A model generated the notes under the pieces. The model made no database searches. It was not told the origin of the DNA and worked only from the letters and a program-made list of their open reading frames with translations. A stretch of DNA of 64,000 nt. Source: Isurus oxyrinchus (Eukaryota). The stretch covers positions 28,272,001 through 28,336,000 of the forward strand of contig JANJGN010000024.1 in assembly GCA_026770705.1 (NCBI GenBank), in the 5' to 3' direction. Positions 24,692-37,984 of this stretch are shown here, one piece after another. Positions within the stretch are counted from its first letter, which is position 1. Every line of letters starts with the position of its first letter. The position numbers were made by a program, and so were the translations under genes.

Positions 24692-26356
24692 TATCACTTA
24701 TCAATGCTATTTTCTCATTTCCAGGAGAAAAATTTTCATCTGAATGCCCAGTGGCTGAGGACTGGCGGTGGGCCAGGCCAGATTTTGTTGCTTAGCTGTT
24801 TTGAGCAGGGGGCCCTGGACCTGAAGAGATGCCATGCGCCCAGGTCCACTGGAGATGGGGAGGCTGGGGTTCCACGGGCAGGTATGTATGGCCAGCACTC
24901 ACGTCTCCAGTAGTCTCCCAACATCCATAGAAGTGCTGATTGTTGAGTGAGTGACATAACCAACATGGCTTATCCATTGCATGTGGAATGATGAACACAT
25001 GATGATCTGGGGGACTGGCATGTATATTGGCATTGCCCACAGGCTAACTGATCGAATTTCCTTACTCTTCTATTCAGCATCATCAGCGCATGGCTGGGAG
25101 AAGGAGCAGCCCCTCTACACCTGAGGGCCATGAAGTTGCACCATCAGAAGCGTCACACCATCTCTGCCAGGCAGGTACCAGCGCAGATACTGGCACCTCA
25201 GTGGGCATCATATCTTTGGCTAGTGTCCTGGGTCACAGCGGTGAGGACGCTTCACAGTCGCTGGAGGAGCTGGTGGAGACAGAGATTGCCCATGGTGCCA
25301 GCAGTCAGTGAGGACTGCAGGGACCCAGGCACATGCTCAGTCTGTCGCTAATGATGAGCCTCTGGAGTCGTCGGCGACGCAGCCAACTGGTGAGATGCAG
25401 CCGGGTGCTCGGGACCATCTGGTGGAGATACATGAGGCTGTGCTTGGCTTGGTGTCAGCGGTGGAGGAGTCTACGTGGACCATCGCCAATGCATTGAGCA
25501 TCATGGCTGAGCGCCAAGCTTCCTCCATGGACAGAGTGGCGATTCTCACGGAGAGGCAGCTCCAGGGACAGGATCAGGGGTTCCTGGTGTTATGCTCAGA
25601 CCTGCAAACCCTCACAGGGGCATTAACCTCATGTGGTCAGTGCCCGTGTGGGTGGTGGTTTGGGCACCAGGTATCTCACCTCGGTGCCCATCCATTTACG
25701 GTGAGCAGGGAGGGCTAAATGGACCTCACATTAGCACAGCAGCTGCCTGTCGTCTCTGCGGGAGCCTCTCAGGGCGCTCCGGATGAGAGCGGAAGCTCCT
25801 CCGCGCATCTGCCAGTGACCGTGGAACCCAATGAGGCTGCGACAACTGGGGAGATGCCAGTTGTGGAACTCCCAGGTGGAGCCAGCACAGGCTCCACGGG
25901 CCAGAAGACATCCACCAAGGTCATCGAGGCCAACAGGACATCAGAGAGAGCAGGCCGTCTCAGATGCCAGTACCAGCGAGGGGGCACCGCAAAGACATAG
26001 CACCCACAAACGTAAAATGAAGACACCTTAGGCACACCCCGGGTTCATCGCTGGTGGTTTTTTGCTGGCCTGCACTATGAGTTCCTTCTGATTGTGTGGA
26101 AGGGCAACACCATTTTATTTCTGTTATCTCAAGAGACTTTTGTTACAGCATTAAGTTTATGTCATCTAAAATGGCTGGGGGCTCTCTTTTCTTGGGCAGG
26201 TGCATGGATTCCTGAGATTTGATGAACGATTTGTGTGTCATTTACATTTATTGACTAGGCCCATCGTCAATGCTCCTATCCAGACAGATTTTGCACTAAG
26301 ATCTCCAGGATGGAGGCTACAGCCCAGGCTTGTGTTGGAGATCCATATGTGCTGTG

Positions 26357-27574
26357 CTAGCTAAAGGTTCCTTGGATTAGAGCGTCCCGGGTGTCCCTGC
26401 CTCCCTGGAGTAGTCCCGGGTCAGCGTCTGCTCCCTCAGCATTCTCCTGTGCGTTTTCATCCTCAGACTCACTGATGGACTCAACGTGTTCAGCCGCAGC
26501 CACTCCATCTACATCTTCTTCGTCCACTGCATCCCCCCTTTGCAGCGCAAGATTGTGGAGAGCGCAGCATGCAACCACCATCAGCGACACACGATCGAGG
26601 GGGTACTGGAGTGCGTTCCTGGAATGGTCCAGGCATCGGAAGCGCATTTTGAGAAGACCGATGGCTCTCTCCACCACAGACATTGTGGAGCCATAGCTCC
26701 TATTGTACCGCTGCTCAGCTTCTGATATTGGATGGCGGAGAGGCATCATGAGCCACCTTCTGAGGGGATAGCCCTTGTCACACAGCTGCCATCCATCCAG
26801 CCGTGCTGGAGCACTGAAGATCCCCGGCACCTGGGAGTGTCTGAGGATGTAGGTGTCGTGGGAGCTGCCTGGGTAACTTGCACAGACTTGTAGAAACTGT
26901 ATCCTGTGGTCACACACTATCTGCATGTTCATGGAGTGGAAGCCCTTCCTGTTGACAAGACACCCAGCTTACCCACTGGTGCCTTGATGGCCACATGTGT
27001 ACAGACTATAGCACCCTGGATGTGGGGGAAGCCAGCAATCGCTGCGAAGCCTCTGGCTCGCTCTGTCTGGCTGGCCTCGTCCCAGTGGTAGTAGATGAAG
27101 GTCAATGCACACCTGAACAGAGCGTCTGTAACCTGCTTGACACAAGGGTGGATAGCTGATTGGGAGACACCACAAAGATCACCCACCAACCCTTGGAAAG
27201 AGCTGGAGACATAGAAGTTGAGGGCAGCTGTGACCTTTAGAGCCACTGGCATGGGGTTCCACCCACACAGTTGCTGAGATCCCTGGACCAATCATCTGAC
27301 AGATGCTGTTGACTGTCTTCTTTGACAGGTGGAGCCTCCTTTGGCATTGCACCTCAGACATATTGAGGTAAGTGTTTTGCCATCTGTATACCCTGGCAAC
27401 AGGATAACGCTGTCTTCTGCGGCCCATTCCGCCTTGGACTACCTCTTGGCCCTGCGCCTGTCCTCCCAAAGGTGGCTCCCCAGGAGGCTGAATGTGCACT
27501 CCTGGCCTCCTCCCCCTCCTAATCCTCCCTTTCTCCTCAGATGAGCTGCCTCCAGTGGAGAGATCGCCTCCCAT
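26357..27574 (-). pseudogene. Harbinger (HARBI1-like) DDE transposase, frameshifted
   Basis: PVALKVTAALNFY..SSFQ..GD..GVSQS, FPHIQGAIVCTHV (first catalytic D changed to V), YPGSSHD, CDKGYPL, RYNRS..T.SVVERAIGLLKMRFRCL, ACCALHN. Split across ORFs 27179-27628, 26929-27291 and 26357-26932. Confidence 0.92.
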
Positions 27575-28189
27575 TCCCAGGCTCAGGGAGGCTTCCTGAA
27601 ACCTACAGGCCCCAAAACAAATCCTCACTGAAAAGTGCTGACCTGAAGGTTATGAGTCCAGTCGAAGCAGCTTCTCTGCTTTTGCAACTTTTCCACCTCA
27701 CACAGGCAAGTTTCACTAACTTCTCAGCAGTGACTTTTAAATGTCTGGATTTGCGAACCCACCGAGCCCTCTTCTCCCGCCCGTGGGTGAGCTTCATGCA
27801 AATTTCTGATACCCGCCTGCCCGTTGCGCTTGTACGACGAGCCGAAGATCACACAGGCACCTTAAAATCCAGGTCAATTGGAGCTTCAAGGGGGCCTTAA
27901 GTGGCCTGTTAATTAATGGCAGTCGCACAACGGACATCATCGCGCGCCCATCCACCGAAATATCGCAATGGCACACGGTGACATTGGGACGTGTGACCGA
28001 CATCACCGCGCGTCACTTTACGCGTCAGCACGCGGATCCCGCCCTCCTGGTCAACAACAGAAAAATTCTGACCTTGAATTATTTAGAATGTATTAACCTC
28101 ACAGCTGAATTCTGGGAAAAGCAGTCACTACCGGCGCTGGAAACCTCAGGCCCTTTCTCCGAAATTTTAATCTACCTTTCAGACTTTTT

Positions 28190-28778
28190 GGTCAGAATTT
28201 TTAGTCCCCACTGGGGTGAGGCGGGGGAGGGGATGGGCACAGAGGCAAGCATGGGATCTCACGTCACCAGCCAGCATGATAGTTACCAGCCCCATGCCAT
28301 CCTCAGGCCACTTTCCCAGATGTGGGATGGGAGGGGTGTGTCCGATTAAACAAATTAAAGGCCGATTGTCGGAGGGTGACTGGGATTTTTCAGGCGGCCT
28401 CCAAGTCCCGGCAGGTGGTGGGGAAACAGATAGCCGCTTGGAGGAGGCCTCCCAGTGGCAGACCACTCAGAGGCCCCGCTGCCCTCATGAGGTCAGCTGC
28501 AGCCACAGGTCGCTCTGTGAAAGGGCTTCCTTCCCCCCATTTCCACAGTGGTGGCTTAGCAATCTTTTCTTCATATAAGATTTCAAATTCCAACCTGGAG
28601 AGTCTCCTATTGGCCCTCCCAACTTCGAGAGCCCTCCCAACTTCATTAATCGCACAGTGACCTCTGGCCTTTAGTTGGCTAATTCACGGAAAATCAGAGT
28701 TGAGTGGCTGTTCCCGTACAGTGCAGGTTTCTTGAACCTGACAGTGGGGTTGTGAATCCCACAGGGAAAATCTTGCCC
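28190..28778. mobile_element. Harbinger-type MITE
   Basis: ggtcagaatttt / aaaatcttgccc. Confidence 0.65.
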
Positions 28779-29109
28779 TTAATTTTCAAAGCTTCAAGGT
28801 TCCACTTTTTCAAATCTTCTTTCCTTCCTTCTGCCTCCCCCTCTCCCACTGTCCAATTCGGAGATGGAGGCAACATTGATTTTTCCTCATCAAAAAAAAA
28901 GTTTCTCACTAGCTCAAGCCACATTTGAAGATCAGTCATGTCATCAATAAAAAAAGGTCTGATCCAAAGACAGCATCAAAGGTGTGATCACAGGATTGAT
29001 TTACAGCTTTACTTCTAGTGCCAATGGGGTGGTGCCCTGCTGAAAGTTATGTCGCAGCACTTACAGTTTCTGGCAACATCCAGGCTGTGGGCATTTTGGC
29101 AGAGGCCAT

Positions 29110-29250
29110 CACAGAATTACAGTGCAGAAGAGGCCCTTTGGCCCATCGAGTCTGCACCGACATGTGAGAAATACCTGACCTACCTAGCTACCTAATCCCA
29201 TTTACCAGCACTTGGCCCATAGCCTTGAATGTTATGACATGCCAAGTGCT
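29110..29250 (-). mobile_element. CR1-type 3' tail fragment
   Basis: agaagaggccctttggcccatcgagtctgcac, the reverse of the CR1 3' stem-loop. Confidence 0.6.
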
Positions 29251-29587
29251 CTTGAATTGTGAGTTTTGGGCATCTGCCAGAAACAGGTGGAAGCCTCATA
29301 AGCAAACGCAAATCTGGACCTTGTGATATTATAGGACCTAGTTAGAGTCCTTAAGCACCATTGGTACTTGGCATTGGATGGCTTGTGCAGTGATCCTGCT
29401 GGTTGCTCAAGAGAAGTTCAGAAAATGTCCATCCAGGCTGCACAAGGGTTCACTTGTGTGATGTCCTCCACAGTCTTTGTCCGAGGTCACCTTCTCCCTC
29501 GCCCCTTAACTTAGTTGGGCAGGTTGGGTTCTGTGGTGGAGCCTAGTCCTTTCCCAATCACAATCAATCAGAAAGCTGCTGTAAATA

Positions 29588-30085
29588 CGAACATATGCAC
29601 ATATTAGGAGCAGGAGTAGGCCACTCAACTCCTAAAGCCTGCTCCACCATTCAATAGGGTCATGGCTAATCTGATTTGGATCTCTTATTCTTGCCTATCT
29701 CTGATAACCTTTCACCCCCTTGCATACCAAGGATCTATCTACCTCTGCCTTGAAGATATTCAAGGACTCTGCCTCAACCTTTTCAGGAGGGGAATTCCAA
29801 AATCTCACGACCCTCAGAGAAAACTTTTTTCCTCACCTCTGCCCTCAATGGGTGACCCCTTATTTTGAAACAGTGACTCCGAGTTCTAGAATGTCCCACA
29901 AGATGAAATATTCTTTTCACAATCACCCAGTCAAGTCCCCTCAGGATCTTAAATATATCATTCAAGTCGCCTCTTACTCTTCTGAATTCCAGCAGATACA
30001 AGCTTAGCGTGCCCAGCCTTTCCTCATGAAATAACCCATCTATTCCAGGTGTTAATCCAGTGAACCTTCTCTGAACTGCTTCTAA
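29588..30085 (-). mobile_element. CR1 LINE 3' end
   Basis: LEFRRVRGDLNDIFKILRG...TRSHCFKIRG on the minus strand. Confidence 0.85.
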
Positions 30086-30436
30086 ATCTAATTCTAATCA
30101 GCTGGATCTCTCGCAATTGACATTGGTCAGGCTATCTATGAGAGACAAAACTTGGTCTCTGCGATTCTCTGTGAAACTCCTGCCAAAACCCAGTGGTCTC
30201 TGCAGATGAATAACCTTGTCCCTGCCACGAAACAAAGGTTCATATCACATCAGCATGAGATTTAGCACATGATTGACAAAGATTTCTCTGTTGATTCTGC
30301 AGTGTAATTTCCTTAATGGAAGAATGGGTTCCCTGCTGTGAATCTACTTCAGCAAGTTTAAGACTTTCTTTTTCCAGTACAGTCACATAGCTCATTAGAG
30401 AGCCCATGTTTTTAAAAGCCATGTCCAGAGCACACT

Positions 30437-30800
30437 GATAAAAACAAAAAACTGTGGATGCTGGAAATCCAAAACAAAAACAGAATTACCTGGAAAAACT
30501 CAGCAGGTCTGGCTGCACCGGCGGAGAAGAAAAGAGTTGACGTTTCGAGTCCTCATGACCCTTCGACAGAACTGATCTTTCTTTACAAGGGGAGGGAAAT
30601 ATAAGCTGGTTTAAGGTGGGGGGCGTAGAGAAGTGGAGGGGGGGGGGTGGTGTTAGGATAGGAGCAGATTATCAAAAGATGAACAAGGCAAAAAAAAAAA
30701 CTCTTTTCTTCTCCACCGATGCTGCCAGACCTGCTGAGTTTTTCCAGGTAATTCTGTTTTTGTTTTGGATTTCCAGCATCCGCAGTTTTTTCTTTTTATC
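30437..30800. mobile_element. Penelope-like element: inverted termini with about 125 bp of internal sequence
   Basis: Minus copy 30437-30573 and plus partial copy 30701-30800 of the young terminal repeat. Confidence 0.8.
30535..30573 (-). ncRNA. Putative minimal hammerhead ribozyme (variant core)
   Basis: agtt-CTGTCGA-A-GGGTC-atgag-GACTC-GAAAC-GTC-aact on the minus strand. Helices I and II are intact. Confidence 0.6.
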
Positions 30801-31009
30801 TACAAGTGTTTTCAATGAACACATCAATGAGAAGGTACCCAAATAAAGCATACAGGCAAAACACGAGCACATTAACCTTTTAATTCTGGAAATAATTTCT
30901 CCCAGTTTGAATAATTATCTGCTCTTCAAGTTCAAGCAGTTCAGTTCAGCCCGTTACAATGTAATATCGCTGGTTACTTGCAAAATAAAAATGTGCCTGT
31001 TGTCCTGCA

Positions 31010-32460
31010 TAAGACCATAAATATTCACAGCACAGACAACAGATATTTGGCCCATCTTGGCTGTACCAGCTCTTTACTAGAGCAATCCAGAATAAATCCC
31101 ACTGCCCCAATCTTTCCCAATTGTTCAATGCTTTCCTCTACCTCAAATATCTATACAATTTTCTCTTTAAAGATGTAATGATTGCCACCTCAACCATTTA
31201 CTGTGGCAATGTATTCCATGCTCCAAGAGCCCTCTGCATAAACACATTTCTCCTTCTTTCAGTGCCAATTTTAAATTCATGACCCCAAGTCACTGACTCT
31301 GCATTAAGACAATTTTTTTTCCATATTCACTCTCACAATACTCTTCATATTTTATATTAAATCTCATCCTAACCTCTGTCTCAGTGAAAATAATCCAAGT
31401 ATCTCAAGTTTCTCATCATAACTACTTTTTCTCATCTCTAGCATGATCCTGGTGAACCTACACAGTGCTTTCCAGAAAGGGGTGAACATAATTGCACACA
31501 CATTTCAAAAAATGTCTGAATCCATGGGCAACATCCTCCCCTCCCCCATTGGGGGGGAGGCGGGGGGTGGGGGGTGGGGGGGGGTTGTTGGTGGTGGGGG
31601 GAGAAGAGTGTGGGAGCAGCCATGGGCGGGTGGCCTTCCAATTGGCACCCCAGTCCGGGGGCGGGGCGGGGGGCACCATTTTGCATCGGTGGGCCAATTA
31701 AGGTCTGCCCAGCGTGACTTCCACCAGGAAGCGCTATGCGCTCCCTATGCGAGCGGGGGTTCTTTAGCCAGGAAGAGCGCACAGATCTCCCTGAGGCAAA
31801 ATGCTGCCTCAGGGAGATCGTCTCTGATTCGAAACTTTAAATAAAGGTATGTAAAAAAATTTCCGTGCCATGTTCCCTCATGTGACACTGTCACGAGTTG
31901 GGACATGTCCATAACTTTTATTGAAACCTTTAATAAAAATTTAAATACCCTCACGAAACCTCATCATACCCATGGATGAGGTTTCATGCCTGGGCTCCCG
32001 GCCTGCCCGCTAACCTGAAGGTTGGACGGTCAGGTCCATCAATCAGGTTAATTACCTTTTTAATGGCCTTAATAGGCCGCTGAACTGAAGGTTTAGATGA
32101 CGTTGGGACACATGCCCATCGTATCCCAGTGTCATTTCACGCATCGGCGAGCAGACCCCACCCCCCCTCGCCAACCAGAGGATGTTGTCCAATATTCTAT
32201 TCTAAATAATTCCTTACTCTGGACAGAAAACCCAACATGTGCCTGACCCTTCAGCATCTTTCCACTGAATGTCAACTCCAATCCTTTGCCCTCTTCCCAA
32301 AATATAACATCTCACAATTATCCACGTGAAATTGTATCGTCCAAACTATCGCCTATTCTGGCAAGCCTTCCATGTCTTTCTGAAGATTTCTGCAGCCTTT
32401 TACAGTCCTCCTTATTGTTTACTAAATACCTTCCCTTTGTATTGTCAGCAAATTTTGAGA
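31010..32460 (-). mobile_element. Old CR1 remnant split by a MITE
   Basis: CR1 3' stem (atttggcccatcttggctgtaccagc) and decayed ORF2 on either side of 31526-32190. Confidence 0.5.
31526..32190. mobile_element. Harbinger MITE, hairpin subfamily
   Basis: gggcaacatcctc / gaggatgttgtcc. Three internal hairpins. Confidence 0.8.
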
Positions 32461-32749
32461 TTGTGCTCACTACATTCTATTACCAACTGGTGAAGGAATT
32501 AACAAAAGGTTGTTTGTTGCATCTGGAGAACTAATGGTATTTTAAATGTGAAGCAATGGGTTTGTTTTGTCAAGCATTTATTACGGAACAAAATAATGTC
32601 GATGCACGCACAATTCAGTAGTCACTGAGTAAAATTATTTCCTTTCAAATTATTTTGCATCTCAGTAAGTTTAAATTGCTTCAGTGTTTCCTTTTGTTCA
32701 CATATTTACTCTTTTTCAGTTCTCCTGAAGATATCGTCATGTTCTACAA

Positions 32750-33285
32750 TTTAGCTCCTTGTATTTAAGAAAGGATACACTGGCACTGGAGGCAGCTCAA
32801 AAGAGATTCACTAAGCTGATTCCTGGGATGAAGGGCTTGATTTATCAAGAACGGCTAAACAGATTAGGCCTTTATTCAGTAGACTTTAGAAGGACGTGGG
32901 GTGAATTTATTGAAACATAGGAGATTCTAAGGGGGTTTGACAGGGTAGATTCCCCCACCAGTGGGGGAATCTCGAACAAGGGGACATAGTTACAGAATAA
33001 GGGGACATTCATTTAAAACTGAGATGCGAAGGGATTTCTTCTCTCAGAGGATAGTGAATGTCTGGAATTCTCTGTCTCAGAGAGTTATGGAGGCTAGATG
33101 GCTGAAAGTATTTAAAAGAAGGTGGATAGATTTTTGATATATCAGGGAGTTGAGGGTTATGAGGAGCTGGCATGAGAAAGGAGTTGAGGCCTGGTGCAGA
33201 TCAGCCATGATCTTATTGAATGGGGGGGCAGGCTCAAGGGGTCCAATGGCCTACTCCTATGCCTATTTGTTTTGTTCTTATGCTC
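32750..33285 (+). mobile_element. CR1 LINE 3' end
   Basis: YLRKDTLALE..QKRFTKLIPGMKGL.Y.ERL...RGHS. Tail ttgttcttatg. Confidence 0.85.
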
Positions 33286-35297
33286 ACAGACCATGGGGCC
33301 CATGTGAAATTGCTAGTTGTTAGGAAGGGTGGTAAAGCAGAATATTAATGGCCTTTAAGTACAGTAATAAGGACTGCCAACTCACCTTGGAAAATGGGAT
33401 TTTGTCTGAAGCATTCCTATCCTTCACCTGCAGGGTACAATTGCTGTTTACAGTTATAGGAAAGGAATCTGAGCAATACCAAGAACATAAATGATGTTTG
33501 CTGAGTTCAATGGGACTGCTTGTATAAGAGATGCAGGGACAGATTGTGGCTGAGAGAAAATCCATTTATATTGCTTTAATTCTCTTTTGCCTCATTGGGT
33601 CCCTATGAAGATGCTTGAAGCTATGCAAGTACACAACCAAACAGAGGATTGTGTGCAGGATGTTTACACAACTTCCAATACAGGCTGGATATAGATTTAA
33701 AAAAAACTTACATTAGTTGTAAAAATCCGTGAGTATTTACTCTAAAGAAATAACCGACTTTAAGGAGATTGAGTTGAGATCTTTAACCAACAAAATTATT
33801 AGGTTTAGCCTGTGTGGATTGACTATTTCGGTTAAATAGGTTAGAGAGGAAAGAGGAGTTGAATGTAAATTATTTAAGTGTTAAGACTAGATTATAAGTC
33901 AAGAAGCGTTTCTTCTCACATCAAATCATCAACCCATCAAACAAGTTGCCAGCTCATACAATAAATGGGCTTCACTGCAAATATTCAAGAGAGCTAGATG
34001 AGATGCTAACTATGGATAGCAGCACCAAGCAAAAAAAGGGTGGTGTACTGGAGACACATCCTTCAGTCACAGTAGGTCTCCTGGGAGTACTCTGGAGGGC
34101 AGAGGGAAATCACAAAGAGTTTCCTTTCCCTAAATTGGCATTTATCTTTTTACCCCTCTTTTGTTTTACCTCCCTCAGGAGATTTTATGGTTTCATGGTT
34201 CGATGTGGAGATGGTGGGGAGCTGGGGGGCAATGAGGAGAGAGTGGTGGTCATGCTGATCACATGCGGTAAGCTTGACAGACCAGGTATTTCCTTGCCCT
34301 TAAGTTTTCTATTATTAAATGGATTGCCCATGAGAGCATATCTATTATCTAGTTTAAACAGAAACCCACATCAGAGGTATTATTTCTTATGAATACATTT
34401 AAGGCTGGGATCGACAGCCATTACTGTACTTGAAACTAAATTTAAATTTGCACACCGCTTCAACTATGAAGAGCTGTGATAACTGTTCCAGCACATTTTA
34501 TGCTTCAGTGGAGTAAACGAGCCCATTAAAAATAGACCACTGTCCTCGAGTTCAGTGTAAGACTATTTCAGCATCATACAATTTCAGCTGGAATGGTCAT
34601 TACAACCAGTTTAGTGAAAGTCACTTATGTTTTGAAAGATGGATGGATGAGTAGGTATCTCAATCATGACGTGACTGCTGTTTCCAATTGCACACATACC
34701 CGCTTCAAGCAATACCTTACAATGCACTCCTTTGTATTTGGCTTCCAAACCCAAGCCTAACATTTTCAAATGCAGTGGGTGAGCATTCATGAAATGAACA
34801 CTCCAACACCTCCCACTCATTGGACCACACCACCGCCCACTTTTTCCCACCTCACCAAGCTGCTTACATTTTTAATGGAGTGATGCTTGACACACTGAAA
34901 CATGTTCATGACGTGCAGAGGCCTAGGATATCATGGCATGAATTCCTTATGGGACTGTGTTTGGCCTAATGATCTCTGCATTATTATTGACTTTTCCCCT
35001 CATCATAATATCAGAATTGAGCTAACTAGTCTCCATATTTCCCTTAAACCTATAAAAATGCATCTGCTTTACTCTAATTAGTCTTTGAACATAACTAATT
35101 ACCCAGTTGTTCTCATTAGAGGTACGAACTTGAAAACTTAGCCTGTTAAGCTTACAGCTGCTCACTGAACTGCAGTATTTCTGGATTTTATGTTATTATT
35201 GCAAATTTCCAATATTTGCAGCTCCTTCCTCTTTTTATTTGCTTGAGGATATGTCCACAAGTTTCTGATCTTATCTAAGTTTTGACTAAATCACTTT

Positions 35298-37690
35298 AAG
35301 AACATAATTGATAGGAGCAGGAGTAGATCACATGTCCCATCGTACCTGCTCCACCATTCAACATCATCATGGCTAAATTTGGGTTTCAACTCCATTTTCC
35401 CACCCACTCCCCATATCCCTTAATTCCTCGAAAGACTTTAAAACCTGTCTATCCCTGCATCTACAAGCTTCTGGATAGAGAATTCCAAAGATTCACAACC
35501 TGTTGAGTGAAGAAATTTCTCCTCTACTTAGTCCTAAATGATTGGCCCCTTATCCTGAGACTATGCCCCCATGTCTTAGACTCCCCAACCAATGGAAACA
35601 ACCTTTGAGCATCCACTCTATCAAGCCCCTTCAGCATTTTGTAGGTTTCAATGAGATAGGCTCTCATTCATCTAAACATCACAGCATACAGGCCCAATTT
35701 ACTCAGCCTCTACTCATAGGACAACCCTTTATCACAGGGAAAAATTTGGTGATCCTACATTGTACCACCTCCAATGCAAGTAAATCTGGAGACCAAAACT
35801 GCACACAGTAGTCCATATGCCGTCTCACCAAAACCACATACAACTGTAGCAAGACTTCTTTAATCTTGTCCTTCAATCCCCTTGGAATAAAGGCCAAAAT
35901 GCCACTTGCCTTCCTAATTGCTTGCCGCACGTGCATGCAAACTTGGTGTGTTCTTTGTACCTGCACACCCAAGTCTCTTTGAACATCAACACACCTTTTA
36001 AAAAACATTCTGCTTTTTAATTCTTCTAACCAAAGTGAATAACTATACATTTCCCTATATTACACTCCATCTGCCTTCTTGTTGCCCACTCACCTAACCT
36101 GTCTTTGCAGCCTCTCTGTGTCCTCCCCACAGCTTACCTTTCCGCCTAGTTTGGTATCATCAACAAACTTGGAGCATAATTTGGGGCGCGAGAGTTGGCA
36201 GCGTGCCCGCCTACAATTAAGAGGCCTATTAAGGCCATTAAAGTCTCAATTAACAGGGATTATTCGCTACCCATCCAACATTACAGTTGGCGGGCGAGCG
36301 AATTGGCCAGGCGGCCTTTGCATTTTTCAGGAAACCTCATCCAAGGGCAGGATGAGGTTTCCATAATTAAATTTTTTTTAAAAATCATTTTTTTTATAAC
36401 ATCAATGCCGAGGTAACTCATTCTGATGCGTGAACATTTTTTTCCCGGATTTTAAATTCTGCTTTTATTGGCTTTAAATTAGTTTCAGCTCTCTGAGGCA
36501 ACTCTCTGCCTTCAGGGGGCTTTCCTTCTGCGCGCCCACACTGACTTCAGCGCTCGCCCTCTTCCCATCCTCACCCTGGCAGTACTGAGCCTCTCAGCAT
36601 GCTTTTCACACTCGCAGTTGGGGGCTGATTGCAGGCGGTGGCCCATTCCCCAGCTGTTCTCGGGACACTTGCTGACCCGAAAATTCTACCCTTAGATACA
36701 TTATTCTCTGTCTCTTTATCTAAGTCATTAGATTTTAACTAGCTGATGCTCCAGTAGTGATCCTTGTGGCAATCCACTATTCACTGCCTGCCAACTTGAA
36801 GAAGCACTGTTTATGCCCATTCTGTTTTCTAACTGTTAACCAATCCTCTATCCATACTAATATATGACCCCCAACTTCATGAGCCCTTATTTTACCAATT
36901 AACCTTTGGTGCAGCACCTTATCAAATGCCCTTTGGAAATCCAGGGATATTACATTTACTGGTTCCCCTTTTTTACCCTACTAGTTACACTCTCAAAAAT
37001 AATCTAATAAATTTGTCAAACAGGATTTCATTTTAGTAAAACCATGTTGACTCATTCTCATCATATTATGCTTTTCTAAGTGCATTATTAAGACTTTGAT
37101 AACAATGGATTCTAGCATTTTTCATCATAACTGATTTTAGACTAACTGTCCTGTTATTTACTGTTTTCTCCCTCCTTTCTTGAAAAGCGGTGTAGCATTC
37201 TCAGCCTCCAATCTAGTGGGGCCATTTCTGAATCTAAGGAAGTTTGGCAAATCATAGCTAGCAGATCCACTATCTCTACAGTGATCTTTTTTAGAACCCT
37301 AGGGCGTAGGCCATTAGGTTCCAGGGATGTGTTGGATTTTAGCCCCATAAGTTTATCCAATACTTTATCTCCGCTGGTACTAATTTCCCCAATTTTCTCA
37401 TTCTTTTTATCCCCTAGGTTATTGTCTATTTCTGGTATGGGACTTGTGTCTCTACTCGAAAGATAGATCCAAAATATTTGCTCAGTCTCTCCACCACTTC
37501 CTGGCTCCCCATGATAATTTCTCCGCTTCTAAGGGATCAATATTTACTTTAGCTACTCTTCCATTTTATATACTTATAAAAGCTCTTACATCTGTTTTCA
37601 TATTTCTGGCTAGTTTACTCTCATATTCAATTTCTTCCCTTTTTAATCAACTTTTTGTGGCCCTTTGCTGGTTTCTAAAATACTCTCAAT
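35298..37690 (-). mobile_element. CR1 LINE (RT to 3' end) split by a MITE
   Basis: LQLYVVLVRRHMDYCVQFWSP, VQRDLGV, GLKSNTSLEPNGLRPRVLK on the minus strand. Confidence 0.85.
36180..36691. mobile_element. Harbinger MITE, truncated
   Basis: Right TIR aaaattctaccc followed by tta. ggaaacctcatcc...ggatgaggtttcc hairpin. Confidence 0.75.
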
Positions 37691-37862
37691 CCTTTGGCGT
37701 AGCGCTGCCATCTAAAGCTACCTTCAAACCCCTCCGAGCAATAAGTTTCAAAGGAAACTTGACCAAATAGGCTGGAGCACTTTGTTTGTTCAGTCCCCCA
37801 CCCTCTCAAAAAATGTAAAGTAAAAAAATGACTTGGGTTTACATCATTTTTCAAGATTCCAG

Positions 37863-37979
37863 GGGCGAAATTTTATGACAGCGGGATTTTATGTCCCCGC
37901 TGAAGCCAAGGAAGTTTACAATGTCTCGTCGCATTTTATGGCCCCGTCCCCACCGAAATGGGGCTGTAAAATTCTGCCC
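37863..37979. mobile_element. Mini-MITE (about 117 bp)
   Basis: gggcgaaatttt / aaaattctgccc. Confidence 0.85.
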
Positions 37980-37984
37980 CTTGT

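Larger units (their letters stand above)
23693..26031 (+). pseudogene. Harbinger Myb/SANT-like (NAIF1/MSANTD-like) protein gene, spliced and frameshifted
   Basis: Exon 1 about 23693-23915: APRFSDKCLAALLKEV...AWEEVAEVVSS...RSWTQCHKSFNDL, donor AGA|GTGAGG. Exon 2 24725-24881: acceptor ttccag, EKNFHLN...RTGGG, donor G|GTATGT. Exon 3 from about 25078 (ttctattcag), low-complexity, phase not cleanly matched. Confidence 0.75.
23448..28073. mobile_element. Full-length PIF/Harbinger DNA transposon (decayed autonomous element)
   Basis: TIRs ggggagaatttt / aaaattctgacc. 3-bp TSD ttg at 23445-23447 and 28074-28076. Encodes a transposase and a Myb/SANT-like protein. Confidence 0.9.
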
